A stretch of DNA of 64,000 bases from the human T2T-CHM13v2.0 reference genome, Homo sapiens, in assembly GCF_009914755.1 (NCBI RefSeq), contig NC_060941.1; one strand, written 5' to 3'. A program made the translations under genes and the position numbers. The notes under the pieces are model-generated. The model had not been told where the DNA came from. It worked only from the letters and a program-made list of their open reading frames with translations, and searched no databases. How positions within the stretch are numbered: the first letter of the stretch is position 1; each line of letters starts with the position of its first letter. This document shows, piece after piece, positions 1-11,637 of this stretch.

Positions 1-31
1 AGCTCGGCTTCAGGCCACGCTTCAGGACAGC
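1..31 (-). CDS. FASN: FASN exon 15 (partial, runs off window)
   Basis: Acceptor AG 33-32 then AVLKRGLKPS. Confidence 0.93.
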
Positions 32-123
32 CTGGGGGCGGCAGGGCAGGTGGGCTCTCTTGGTGCTCAGCTGAGGCGCCCATCCCAGGCTCCCGGCGCC
101 TGCTGCCCCCAGGCTGGGCCTAC

Positions 124-327
124 CTGCAGCAGGGCGTGGGGCGCGATCTCCAGCACCACCGCGTGCTCAGGCACGTGCCACAGGGCCTCCTGGAACAGCA
201 CAGGGCTCACCAGGTTGTTGACATTGTACTCGGCGGAGGACGTGCGTGCCAGGCTGCTGTGCCACTGGGCCTCGGGGATAGAGGTGCTGAGCCAGCGGGC
301 TGAACGTGGCTTCGGCTCCCGGATCAC
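124..327 (-). CDS. FASN: FASN exon 14
   Basis: [18 protein letters not shown]...[10 protein letters not shown]; 204 nt. Confidence 0.97.
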
Positions 328-404
328 CTGCATGAGGGGCCAGGTCAGTGCTGGGTTGTGGGTCCCCTGGCCCGCCCCGCACCCCCCAGGCCGTATTAGT
401 CCAC

Positions 405-539
405 CTTCTTGAGCTCCTGCAGCAGTGGGGGTGCGATGGCCTCCATGAAGTAGGAGTGGAAGGCCATACCGCCGGTCCGCACCTCCTTGGCAAACACACC
501 CTCCTTCCTCAGCTGCTCCACGAACTCAAACACCGGGGC
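405..539 (-). CDS. FASN: FASN exon 13
   Basis: [32 protein letters not shown]...ELKK; 135 nt. Confidence 0.97.
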
Positions 540-786
540 CTGGACATCGTGGGAGCCTGGATAAGCATCCTGGCTGGGCACCCACCTCAGGCTCGGAGAG
601 GTAGGGCGCACCCACCTCACCCCAAGGGAACCGAGAGGGAATGGGCAAGGGACCTGAGGACAAACCTGCCCCATGCCCCAGGCCCGTCAGAGCTTGGTGG
701 GGCGTAGACCGTGGCCGCGTGTCCCTGCCAGACTTGCAATGGCAGGCGCAGGGGACAGAGGAGCCCGCCCAGGCCGCAGCACCCAC

Positions 787-881
787 CTGAGGTCCCGAGA
801 TGGTGACTGTGTCCTTGGAGTTGTGGCAGGCGGGCACCACGCCCGGGGGGCAGCGCTGTTTACACTCCTCCCAGGACAAGC
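787..881 (-). CDS. FASN: FASN exon 12
   Basis: [31 protein letters not shown]; 95 nt. Confidence 0.97.
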
Positions 882-1113
882 CTATGGCAGAGCCAGCCTC
901 AGAGGCTTAGCGTGGACACCGAGCCGCTCCCAGCCACCCACCCACCCAGACACTGCCTGCAGCTGGGGGCAGTAATGACAAGTGTGGTAATGGCAGCCTT
1001 GGAGCCTTCATGAGAAAGGTTCGCCCCCTGCTGTGTTTGACCCGTGGGTGGAGGTGTCATTACAGAGCTGCCACTCCAGGGGCAGCTCCTGGGAGCCCAG
1101 TCCCCAGATGGTG

Positions 1114-1296
1114 GCCCCCTCAGTCCTCTGCAGCCAAGGTTCTTTCCAGGTCCTGCCCACATGTGGCCCATGGGGCTCAGAGATGGGTGCCAACAGAGGG
1201 CACCAGTCTGAGGGAACCCTGATGACCCGTGTGTTGGCTTCACCAGAGTCCCTGGGTTCTTGCTATGCTGCAGCTGTGTGCTCATCACACGGGGGC
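1114..1296 (-). ncRNA. SNORD134: Intronic C/D-box snoRNA in FASN intron 11 (probably SNORD134)
   Basis: C box GTGATGA 1288-1282, D box CTGA 1123-1120, terminal 6-bp stem GCCCCC (1296-1291)/GGGGGC (1119-1114), same strand as host; the name rests on my recollection that SNORD134 maps within FASN. Confidence 0.7.
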
Positions 1297-1529
1297 TCCA
1301 CGCAGGCCTGATGCCCATGGACACGTGCCTAGGCCCAAGGCTGCCAGGTGTGGGGCCAGTGGGGCAGCTGCAGGGGACTCGCGCACGGCTGTGTCCGAGC
1401 TGGGTGTCCCCGGGCCAGCGGGGGCCACTCTATCCTACGGGGGCCAGGCCAGGGCTGCAGGTGAGGACCCCACAGCGAGAAGGCAGCCTCCTTTCTTGGA
1501 GGTGCTGGGGGCCCCTCCGGGAGACCTAC

Positions 1530-1719
1530 CCACGGCTGCCATGGCGCCCGGCGGGAGATGGGCTTCTTTGATGCACTGTCCCCTCCAGTAGGCAGCGAGG
1601 ACGGCCTCCTCCTGGGACAGGCAGCCGTCGGCGTAGCCACAGGCCACCTCCCCCAGGGAGTGGCCGACGATGCCATCTGGCCTCAGCCCCATGCAGCTCA
1701 GCAGGTCTATGAGGCCTAT
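1530..1719 (-). CDS. FASN: FASN exon 11 (MAT catalytic Ser581, codon at 1659-1657)
   Basis: [29 protein letters not shown]...GAMAAV; 190 nt. Confidence 0.97.
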
Positions 1720-2036
1720 CTGGGGTGGGAACAGGACACTCAGGTTGCAACCTCCAGCAGGTGCAGCTGTTGGGGGCGGCCCCCGGCCCCACTAGGCCAT
1801 CTCCACCCCCGCGCCCCATCGACCCTCCCAGGTCTCCTGATAGGAAAGAAGCCCCTATGGCCCCCACACAGCCCCACTGAGACCCCTCCTCCCCTCCCGT
1901 CCTGCCCCCAGCACAAGGCTCTGCCTAGCAAAGGGGCTGTCAGGGGCCCCGGACTCAACACTGCAGCTCCTGGGCTCCAGGGAAAGCCAGAGCCCTGGGG
2001 CTGGCGTTGCTCACACGCTGGCAGGCTGGGCCCTAC

Positions 2037-2224
2037 CTGGATGGCAGTCAGGCTCACAAACGAATGGACGATGTCATCAAAGGTGCTCTCGTCTGTGCTC
2101 AGCAGCAGCTGTGACACCTTCAGGCCGAATGGCTTCACAGCCTCATCGGAGCGTAGGATGGAATCTCGGAAGCGGTCCAGGCGCATGAGGCTCAGCCCCA
2201 TCCCGCGCCACTGTGTGCCCATCC
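2037..2224 (-). CDS. FASN: FASN exon 10 (MAT)
   Basis: [19 protein letters not shown]...SLTAIQ; 188 nt. Confidence 0.96.
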
Positions 2225-2376
2225 CTGTCCCAGAGAGCACGTCACGAGGCTCAGCCCCATCCCGTGCCACTGTGTGCCCATCCCCGTCCCAGAGAGCACC
2301 TCAGGGGACCACCAGCTCCAGTTCGCCTGCCTTTCCCCAGGGAAGGGACCACCTTGGGGGCAGAGTGTGGGCTCAC

Positions 2377-2839
2377 CAGAGCAGATGAACCAGAGCGGGC
2401 GCTCGCCAGCGGGCACCTGCTGCACCTCTGGGCCACCGCGCTCACCACCCAGCACAGCGTAGCCACGGAAGGGCATGGCGGTGGCGGGGACAGCCGCGAT
2501 GTCGTTCAGCATGCTCAGGAAAGCCAGGTCCTGGCTGTGCCGGAGGCCCTGCTCCAGCAGCTTCTGCACGGCCTCAGGGGTGCGTCCGCTGGCCCGCAGC
2601 AGACGGGGCAGGGTGGCATGTGGGGCGGGTGCGGGGGGCGGCTGCGTGTTGGGCCTCAGGATGATGTGCACGTTGGAGCCCCCGAAGCCAAAGGAGTTGA
2701 TGCCCACGTTGCCGCCACGGACGGGCAGGGGCTGGTCCACCACCTGCAGCCGCCCATCCAACAGCGCTGGGATCTCAGGGTTGGGGCTATGGAAGTGCAG
2801 GTTGGGGGCCCAGAGCCCGTGCTCCAGGGACAGCAGCAC
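2377..2839 (-). CDS. FASN: FASN exon 9 (KS end, linker)
   Basis: [16 protein letters not shown]...[13 protein letters not shown]...LWFICS; 463 nt. Confidence 0.97.
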
Positions 2840-3609
2840 CTGCGGGGGTACGTGGTGGATGGGCAGCCGCCCCACTCCCTCTACCACTGCCTGAGCTGGG
2901 GGCAGGCACCTCCCCGAGACTCTCATGTGGGGCCAGGGTTCCAGGGCCCTCTCCGATGCACTTCCTGTCCCCAACCTAATTCTGCCATGGCACAGGGGTC
3001 CGAGGACTGAGCCGCCATGGCCCTGCCCTCAGCTTGGTCCAAGACCTCCCCTTCCGGCCTTGCTGCCTCCCAGCCTGATGTGGACCCACCAAAGCCTGGC
3101 TGTGGCCTGAACACTAAGGCCCCCTTGGCCCAGATGTTGCATCTCAGAGGCTGCAGAAGTTGGGGGGCAGAGGGCGTGAGTGATCATGGGTGTTGGGGCT
3201 CCTGTGCCTGGTCTCTCTAAAGGTCCCCAGGCCTCTGCTAGTGGGTCAGGAAGCTGTAGGGACGGGTGGGCGACACGGGAGACCCTGATGGTGCCGTGGA
3301 CCCCCCCAGGCCTGCTCCTGCCTCGCTCTTCCCACCCAAGCGGCTCCTCCAGCTCGGCTCCGTGTCCGGCAGACGCTCTGCAGGGCATCAGGCCTCCAGG
3401 GAAGGCCCAGCGAGCCTGGCTACGAGCTCTCCCTGCTGTCAGCCTCAGTGTCTCTGCTCAGACCTGCAGCATAGCCCGGGGGACAGAGGCTCCTGGTGGG
3501 GAAGCCCCCGCCTCCACTTGGCAAAGAGAAAGCAGCAGTGCCCAGCCATGACGCAACCCAGTCCCAGGGAGCAGGAGCCTGAGGGACCCCCAAGCCCAGC
3601 CCCACCTAC

Positions 3610-3744
3610 CTTGGCCAGGGCTGCCAGCCCCGAGGCTGGCTCCGGGTGCCCCATGTTGGACTTGGTGGAGCCGATGAGCAGCGGCTCCTGGCGGGTGGCG
3701 CACAGGGCTCGGGTGATGCCATTCAGCTCCTGGGGGTCGCCCAC
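3610..3744 (-). CDS. FASN: FASN exon 8 (His331)
   Basis: [10 protein letters not shown]...[21 protein letters not shown]; 135 nt. Confidence 0.97.
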
Positions 3745-3849
3745 CTGTGGGAAACATGGGGGGTGAGGGGCTCTGGCCAGGTCACCTCTCCAGGCATGGG
3801 CGTAGGTTAGGCTCATGGGGTGGTGAGTGGGGCGGGGGGGGGGCATCAC

Positions 3850-3965
3850 CTTGGTGCCTGTGCCGTGGGCTTCGATGTATTCAAATGACTCAGGGGCCAC
3901 TCCGGCCGACTGGTACAACGAGCGGATGAGCTGCTCCTGGATATCCCCTGAGGGGAAGGTCACGC
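3850..3965 (-). CDS. FASN: FASN exon 7 (His293)
   Basis: [17 protein letters not shown]...IEAHGTGTK; 116 nt. Confidence 0.97.
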
Positions 3966-4049
3966 CTGCGGAGGGCTCGGCTCAGTGCTGCAGCCCCAGC
4001 CCCGGCTCCCACCTGCCCCCCAGCACCCCGGAACCCCGGCAGAGCCCAC

Positions 4050-4172
4050 CTTGCTCCTTGAAGCCATCTGTATTGGTGCCGGCGTTCAGGATGGTGGCGT
4101 ACACCCGCCGGGCCAGGGACTTCTTGGTCAGCAGGACGGCCACCACACCCTCCGAGCGGCAGTACCCATTCC
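4050..4172 (-). CDS. FASN: FASN exon 6
   Basis: [14 protein letters not shown]...NTDGFKEQ; 123 nt. Confidence 0.97.
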
Positions 4173-4371
4173 CTGGGTAGAGCAGCACCTCAGGCCCGGG
4201 GCTCAGCCCCACGCCGGCCCCCACCCCACCAGGAGGAGCTCTGGGGTGTGGGGTGGGTGCTTGGGTGGGGGATCCCCGGAGCTGGCAGGATCCTGCTCAG
4301 CGTGGGGACTGTGCGGGGGGCCGTCCTGTGCCACTGTCCCGCCTGCCCTGGCCGCGCAGCCGCACACTCAC

Positions 4372-4572
4372 CCGCTGTGTCGAAGGCCTTGCAGGTGCCC
4401 TCGGGGCTGAGCATCCCCAGCCTCAAGAACTGCACGGAGGTGTTGGGCTTCAGCAGGACGTTGATGCCCCCCACGATGGCGGCAGGGCACTGCCCGCTGT
4501 GGATGGCCTGGTAGGCGTTCTGCAGGGCCATCAGGCTGGAGGAGCAGGCTGTGTCCAGTGCGATGCTGGGCC
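4372..4572 (-). CDS. FASN: FASN exon 5 (KS catalytic Cys161, codon at 4546-4544)
   Basis: [20 protein letters not shown]...KAFDTA; 201 nt; cumulative codon count places TGC at 161. Confidence 0.97.
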
Positions 4573-4750
4573 CTGCAAGGAAGGGTGCTGCGGCTCAGGT
4601 GGGGCTGTGAGCACACGAGACCCCTGAGCACACCTCCTGCCACCAGGCTGGACACACACTGCACGGAGTGAGCCCACGCCACGTGGTTTCTGCTCAGCAT
4701 GTGGGGACCTGAAGGCCACCCACCTCCGCAGGAGGCTGGGCAGGACCCAC

Positions 4751-4924
4751 CTCTGAAGTCGAAGAAGAAGGAGAGCCGGTTGGCCATCATCGCTCGCTGG
4801 CAGCCCACCATGCTGTAGCCCACGAGTGTCTCGGGGTCTCGGCTCAGGGCCTCCGAGGTCTCAGAGCCGCTCACGCCCACCCAGACGCCAGTGTGTGTTC
4901 CTCGGAGTGAATCTGGGTTGATGC
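4751..4924 (-). CDS. FASN: FASN exon 4
   Basis: [18 protein letters not shown]...[10 protein letters not shown]; 174 nt. Confidence 0.97.
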
Positions 4925-5661
4925 CTGCCACAAACAGTGGTCAAGGTGCCACGGCCGGGCCCCACAGCGCAGCCAGCCCACCCACCCACCCGGCTCTGGG
5001 GCGAAGGTCCCATCTTGGCCTCACTGGCTTGGGGTGAGGGGGGGTCCATCCCAGTGGGACCCTGGAAGGGGCCTAAGGAGGGTGAGGTGTCCTGCAGAGG
5101 GGCCAGAACAGAGCCTGTGGCCAGCAGCCAGCCCAGGTGAGGCCTGGAACAGGAACCAGGTCACAGAGGGAACGAGGCGGAGGGGGCAGGCGGGCCCAGG
5201 GGAGGGCACCAGGCACGGCCAGAGTGGCTCCAGGAAGGACAGAGGGCAGCATTGTCCCCAGGCGACGCCTTTGGCCCCTGGTGTCACCGGCAGCTCTGAT
5301 GAGCCCGTCGGCCAGTGGCCTCTCCAGCGCCAAGGGCAGCCTGCACCAGGACAGGCCGTGATAAGGAACCGAGGAGACAAAGGCCAAGTGTCCAGGCTCG
5401 GGAAGGAGAGAGGGACACCGGTCACCCCCGGGGAGCATAACCTTAGTCTTGGGGTGGGGTCTGGCAGCAGGAAGGGCGCAGGAGAAGGGCTTCCACCTCT
5501 CGGCCAGCAGGGCCCCTCCTCGCCCCTGGTGGGCTGGCTCTGCCCTAGGGTGGGTGGGTGTGTGAACCGCTCACACCCAAAGGCAGCCCAGGGCTCAGCC
5601 TCCCCCTCAGGAGGTCCTTCTCCGCCCGGGGAGGGAGCACCTGGATCTTAAGAAATGGCAT

Positions 5662-6009
<348 letters not shown>

Positions 6010-6472
6010 TCAGAGCGAGGGCCAGGCTGGCGGGAGAGGGTTGAAATGCCTGGGGTGGGGGGACGTGGGCAAGGGTAGTGGGGAGGGTGGGAGGGGAGAG
6101 ACAGCAGGGCCGGTGCTGTCCGCTGCTTGGCTGGTGGGGGTGGGGGCCTGGAGGGCCCCTCAAGAACCTCCTGCTTTGCCTCTCGTCACTCCAGCCCCGG
6201 CCCCGGCCCCAGCACCAGCCAGACATCAGAAGCGAGGAGACTGGTACGCTCAGGTCAGGGCACACCCGCGACACCTCTGGGGTGCAGTTGGGAAACTGCG
6301 GCCTACCCCGTGGCCCACACCTCCCTGAGCCCGTTGGCCAGGCCAGGGGCACAGCCGGGGAGGGTAGGTGGTGCCAGCACCTGGTTCTACCAGAACCAAG
6401 AAGAGAAAACACTGCCTATTCCACGTGAGCAGCAGGAGCCCTCGGCGCAGCAGTCGCGAATGCCCGACCCAC

Positions 6473-6625
6473 CTCCGTCCACGATGGCTTCATAGGTGAC
6501 TTCCAGCAGCAGCCGCAGCTGAGGGTCCATCGTGTGTGCCTGCTTGGGGTGGACTCCGAAGAAGGAGGCATCAAACCTAGACAGGTCCTTCAGCTTGCCG
6601 GACCGCCGGGGCAGGCCGTAGAGCC
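6473..6625 (-). CDS. FASN: FASN exon 3 (KS domain)
   Basis: [50 protein letters not shown]; 153 nt, GT-AG flanked. Confidence 0.97.
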
Positions 6626-7471
6626 CTGTGGGACAGGCGGGTGTTTAAATCTCTGACGGAAGCTGCCCAGAGGTGGGGGCCCTGTGGGGTGCTGCAGGCC
6701 CCTGGAGGGGCCATGGTGGAACTGAGGACTCTCTGCTATGCCTGGGAGGCCCAAACAATGGAGCAGGCTCCCCAGGAGGGGAAGACCATGGCCCCAAAGC
6801 GGGGACTGGTACGACCAGATCTGCTGCACAAGCCCCAAGCCCCAAGCCCCAATCCTGAGATGGGCCACAGAGCAGAGAGCTCGGCGGGAGTGAGGCTGGG
6901 GGACCATCTGCCGGGCTGGTGCCTCGGCTCTACCATGCTGACTCACAGCTTGCCTGTCAGGTAGAGCTGCTCTGTGGAAGAGCCTACTGGGTGTGGGGCA
7001 GTTGCTCCAGCCTCCCGGAGCACATCTGGTATGCAACCTCCCAGCTCAGGACAGACACAGGCAGGGGCAGCCTGGCCGGAAGGGCTCTGGCCCCCCGCAC
7101 CCCCTGCATGGGTGAGAGACCCCAGCCCGTCACCCATCCTCTGAGCTTGGCTCCTCCGTAACAAGCAGATGGGCCCTGCCTGGGCCAGCCCTCGGCCTTG
7201 CAGCCATTGGGGGAGCCTCCTGTTGGCCTTGCAGCCGTTGAGGGAACCTCCTGGCAGGCTGGGCGCATTTTCTAGGCCACTCTGGTGCAATGTCCAGGAA
7301 GGAGGCTGCAGCTAGGCCTCGCCCATGGGTGACCAGTGGCTCTGCAGCTGGGACCGGCCTCAGGCCAGTGCCTGGGTGGTGAGGACACAGCACAGCAGGG
7401 AGGCTGCTGTGAGGACAAAGGTGGAGATGGAGCTTCACACCCCAGGCACGGGGAGCCCCGCAGCCACATAC

Positions 7472-7598
7472 CCGCCTTCCAGCGACGGTCATCGTCCGTG
7501 ACCATGTCCACACCGCCGATGAGGTTGTCCCAGAACTCCTGCAAGTTCTCCGACTCTGGCAGCTTCCCGGACATGCCGGCAATCACCACCTCCTCCAT
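7472..7598 (-). CDS. FASN: FASN exon 2 coding part (ATG at 7598; exon starts 7605)
   Basis: GCAGCCATGG Kozak; MEEVVIAG...RRWKA; acceptor AG 7607-7606, donor GT 7471-7470. Confidence 0.98.
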
Positions 7599-9273
7599 GG
7601 CTGCTCTGCAGGGCGGGCGGTGTGAGTGCCCCACACATCCCGGCCACGACACCCCCGTCAACAGCCTCGGCACCCAGAACAGGTGGACACCCATGGGGCC
7701 AAGCACCACCCTGAGGGTCCGTGCGGGCCCTGGCTCCTGCGGCTCCCTTCCTCATGTGGCCAGTTCCTGGGCCCTGACCCCGCTCTCGCTGGGAGGGGCT
7801 GCGTGCTCTGGGAACAGGCCCGCCTCTGGGCCCTGACCCATTCAGTTCAGGGTATTGGCTGGGGTACCCCACTGGAGCCCTGCAGCCCTGGCCTCCCCAG
7901 CAGTTACTGGTTTCTGCGCCTGTGTCGGCTTCCACTCGCCTGAGTCTCAGCCTTCCAAGGCTCCTGGAGCTTGTCCCAGGCCATCCCTAGGGCACCAGGG
8001 GGCTCACAGTGAGGAGCAGGCAGGGTCACCTGAGATGGGGACAAGGCCTCAGGTGGCCAGCCTGCTAAGGGCCATCAAAGAAATGGAGAGGCAGGGTCCC
8101 AAAGCCGGGGCATGGAGGTGGCTGGGAGCCCTAGAGGGGGGTACTCAGCACCCATGCTCACCCGTGTTGGGGTGGGGGCCCGCTGTCCAGGCCAGCCCAA
8201 GAGCCACCAGGGCTGGGGAGGGACGAAATGGGGATAGCCTATGCTCTGGGGGAAAGGTGGCCCCTGCCCCACTGTGGACCGACCCAGCCAGTCCAACCCC
8301 TCCAGCAGGGTCCAACCTGGAGAACCACTCCTGGCCAGGACACGCAGGTGTTGCCTGGCACCCTTCACCTGCGCGGGTGAACCCACAGACGCTTGCCTCC
8401 CCATACCAACCCACACACCACAGGAGGCCCTCCCTGGAGCCCAGGTCCCTAAGACCCGGAACGGGTGCCCAGGCCGCCGGCTGCTCCTCCAGCATGAGGG
8501 CTGGTGCGGCCCTGGGGGGAGGGGGCGGAGGCCAGCGCTGGTCTGGCCACTTGCACGAGGCCCCAGGGCCTGATACGCGCGCCGCCCCTCGGCAGTGCGG
8601 CCTCCCTTGGGCCGTCCCGGCAGGGAGGCGGCCGCCTTCCCACCCGCTGCGATTCACAGAGGCTTGGCTGCCCCGGGCCAGCTCCAGGCCCGCACGCTGG
8701 GTCCTCGCCGCTTGCTATTCACGCGGGGTCGACGGCCAGGCAGGGGGTGGGAACACCGCGGCGCGCCCGGCCTCCCTTCGCCCCGGGCGGGGACTGCTCG
8801 GGACCCCTGCGCTTCGGCCGGGCTGCGCCACGTGATGGGGAGGCCGGTCCCGGCGCGGCCCCTGCGCCCCCCCGTTCCTCCCTCGCGGCGTCCCCTTCGG
8901 GCTGGGCCTCGGCTCCGGGGCGGCTCCGGGAGGAGGATGCGGCGGCGCCTTTGTGGGCGCGGGGAGGCCGAGCCGGGGGCTCCTCCAGGCCCTTCAGGGT
9001 CCGCGGCCTCCCCCACGGGAAGCGAAGGCGGCTGTTGGTGGCTTTCCCCGGCGTCCTTCCCCCGCCATCCGCCCACCTACTCCGCGGGGCCCCGGGCGCC
9101 TCCGAAGGGGCACGAACACCGAGACCCGGACAGGCCGCCCAGGCGACCCCTGGATACGGGGCCGGGCCACGCGCGCCCCGAGAGCGGAGGATGAGGAGCC
9201 GGGCCACCCCGGGAACCCCGGGCCCAGCCCCGACCACGACCCGCGCCCCGGCCCCAGCGCCGGCTGCTCGTAC

Positions 9274-9389
9274 CTGGTGAGGGCGCGGGCGGCGGTGCGG
9301 GCGGCGGAGAGCGAGGCTGGAGCGCGGCGGAGCGGGAGGCTGAAGCGCGGCGGAGAGGGAGGCCGGGGCCGCTGCCGTCTCTCTGGCTC
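9274..9389 (-). other. FASN: FASN exon 1 (non-coding 5' UTR); upstream end approximate
   Basis: Donor CAG|GTACGA at 9273; TATA-like box ~25 nt upstream; joins exon 2 as ...CACCAG AGCAGCC ATG. Confidence 0.9.
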
Positions 9390-9410
9390 CCTCTAGGCCG
9401 GCGCCGACGC

Positions 9411-9418
9411 TATTTAAA
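9411..9418 (-). promoter_or_regulatory. FASN TATA-like box TTTAAATA
   Basis: Only AT-rich stretch in the CpG island, ~25-30 nt upstream of exon 1. Confidence 0.85.
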
Positions 9419-9437
9419 CCGCGGCCATCCCCGGGCG

Positions 9438-9457
9438 GCCACGCCACATGGGCTGAC
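9438..9457 (-). promoter_or_regulatory. Proximal E-box (CATGTG) with flanking SREBP sites: USF/SREBP insulin-response element
   Basis: GTCAGCCCATGTGGCGTGGC on minus strand, matching the classical FASN -65 element. Confidence 0.85.
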
Positions 9458-9467
9458 AGCTTGGCTG

Positions 9468-9483
9468 CGCCGCCCAGGCCAAT
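9468..9483. promoter_or_regulatory. Sp1 GC box plus inverted CCAAT (NF-Y) box
   Basis: CGCCGCCCA adjacent to CCAAT at 9479-9483, the known FASN proximal arrangement. Confidence 0.8.
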
Positions 9484-9525
9484 GAGCGTCGGGGCTGCGC
9501 CCCGGGACCCGGCGCGCCGCCGCCG

Positions 9526-9535
9526 GTGGGGTGAT
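9526..9535 (-). promoter_or_regulatory. Sterol regulatory element SRE-1 (ATCACCCCAC)
   Basis: Exact SRE-1 consensus about 150 nt upstream of TSS. Confidence 0.9.
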
Positions 9536-9748
9536 GCTCGTGCGCGCCGCCGCCCGAGCCGGGACCCTGCGCGGGAACGCGCCTGGGGGGGTGGGGCTGG
9601 GACTGAGGAGCGCCGGGGGCGGGGCGGGCGGGAAACCACCGCCCCCCGACTTCCGCCTCCCGCCCCGCGGGCCCCGACGCGCACGCGGCTGCGACCGAGC
9701 CCGCGGCGCGCCTCCCGAGCCATCCCCGACCCCCGTGTCCGCCGGGGC

Positions 9749-9754
9749 CACGTG
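9749..9754. promoter_or_regulatory. E-box CACGTG (USF-type, upstream FASN promoter)
   Basis: Perfect palindrome, position similar to the distal FASN E-box. Confidence 0.6.
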
Positions 9755-10125
9755 TGCGGGATGGGAATGCTTGGACCACACTGGGGACTACCCCGTGGCC
9801 ACACCGGGGGTCCAGCCGGCTGCGGCGGGGCGCTCGGACCCACAGGCGCGCGGAAGGACGGACGGACCCGCGTGCCCGCACTTCGGCCGCCGACTCCACG
9901 CCGCCGTCGCTGCCCGCGCGGAGCTGGCTGAGGGCGCGGCGTTGCGCGGCGCGGCGGCAGCAGCAACCAATCGGGCGCCAGGGGTGTTCGCACCGGCCCA
10001 ATGGCGGCGCGCGGGTGGGCGTTGCTAGGCGATAGGGTGATGGGCGGGCGGCGGGGCGGTCCCGGATGCCTCGCGGGCCGCGGCGCAAGTGCGGGCGTTG
10101 ACCCCGGCCGCGGGCGCCCCGGCCG

Positions 10126-10141
10126 GGGTTACTGCCGGTCA
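10126..10141 (+). promoter_or_regulatory. LXR response element (DR4)
   Basis: GGGTTA-ctgc-CGGTCA direct repeat with 4-nt spacer; FASN is an established direct LXR target. Confidence 0.85.
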
Positions 10142-11107
10142 TCGCAGCGCATCCCCGGTTCTCCTCGCGGGTGCGGCGGGGAACCCAGACCCGAGACGGA
10201 CGTCCACCCACCCGACGGCCCCTCCTTAGCAGCTTCCCGGGGACCCGGACGAGGCGCAGGGCCGAACGGGCGAGCGCACTCCAGGCCGCTGGAGCTCGGC
10301 GGAGGGGAGGGGCGCGGCCACGTGGCGAGCGGAGTCGGCCGGGACACCCACCTGGTGTGGTGCGGACAAAGGGAGCCGCTGCCCCACTTCCCAGGGCGGA
10401 GGCTGCGAGTTTTCCAGGCGCGCACCCACGGGCGGGGGCTCAGCCCGGCCCTCGCGCGCTCCCTCCCTCCCGAGTGATTCCTCGAATCGTGGCCCCTTGG
10501 GCGGCCTGAGCCCTGAAGCGCGGCCTCCCTTTTCTGACCGCTTCGCGCCTGCGGGGCCAGGCACCCCATGGGGGGCAAGCGGGCCTTGTGAGGCCACAGG
10601 TGTCTCTGGCTGCGTGTCCTACTTTGAGGGCTCAGCAAGCCCGGGCCGTTGAAGGGGAACCGGAGACTGGGGCCCCCGGCCCCTCTGCAGGTGTCCCGCT
10701 TCCTTCCTCTCCTGAGAGCAGGCCTGAGGGTCAGGCGGCCACTCCGCGTCTTTTCCCTTCTGGGGCTGTGGTTGACGCACGGTGGGACCGAGGGTCAAGG
10801 AAGGACAAGGGAAGACAGGGCCGGGGCTGGCCCCGCACTGCTGTCCCCACTGCGGGGGTTCTTCTGATTCAGGGTGAGTGAGGCCCTGTGTCAGCCTCAG
10901 GCGTGCGGGCACGCAGCTCCGGCTCTCCATGCTCCAAACCTCCCAGGTGGCCCTGGCTGCCAGTGCTGGTGATCAGCGGCCAGCGGGGCCCTGCTCTCTG
11001 CAGCCTGTCGAGGGCTGGGCCAGCTACAGGGGAGCCCTGGCTGGCTCCCAAGGAGGTTGGAGACTCGTCCAGCACCCTGAGGGCTTCCACAGAAAGTGAG
11101 CGGCAGC

Positions 11108-11637
<530 letters not shown>

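Larger units (their letters stand above)
8560..10570. promoter_or_regulatory. CpG island over FASN promoter, exon 1 and start of intron 1
   Basis: Very high GC and CpG density; boundaries approximate. Confidence 0.92.

Noticed and set aside
7855-10638. Long Arg/Gly/Pro-rich ORFs (up to 424 aa) on both strands
   Set aside because: Stop-codon scarcity in a CpG island; no recognisable protein
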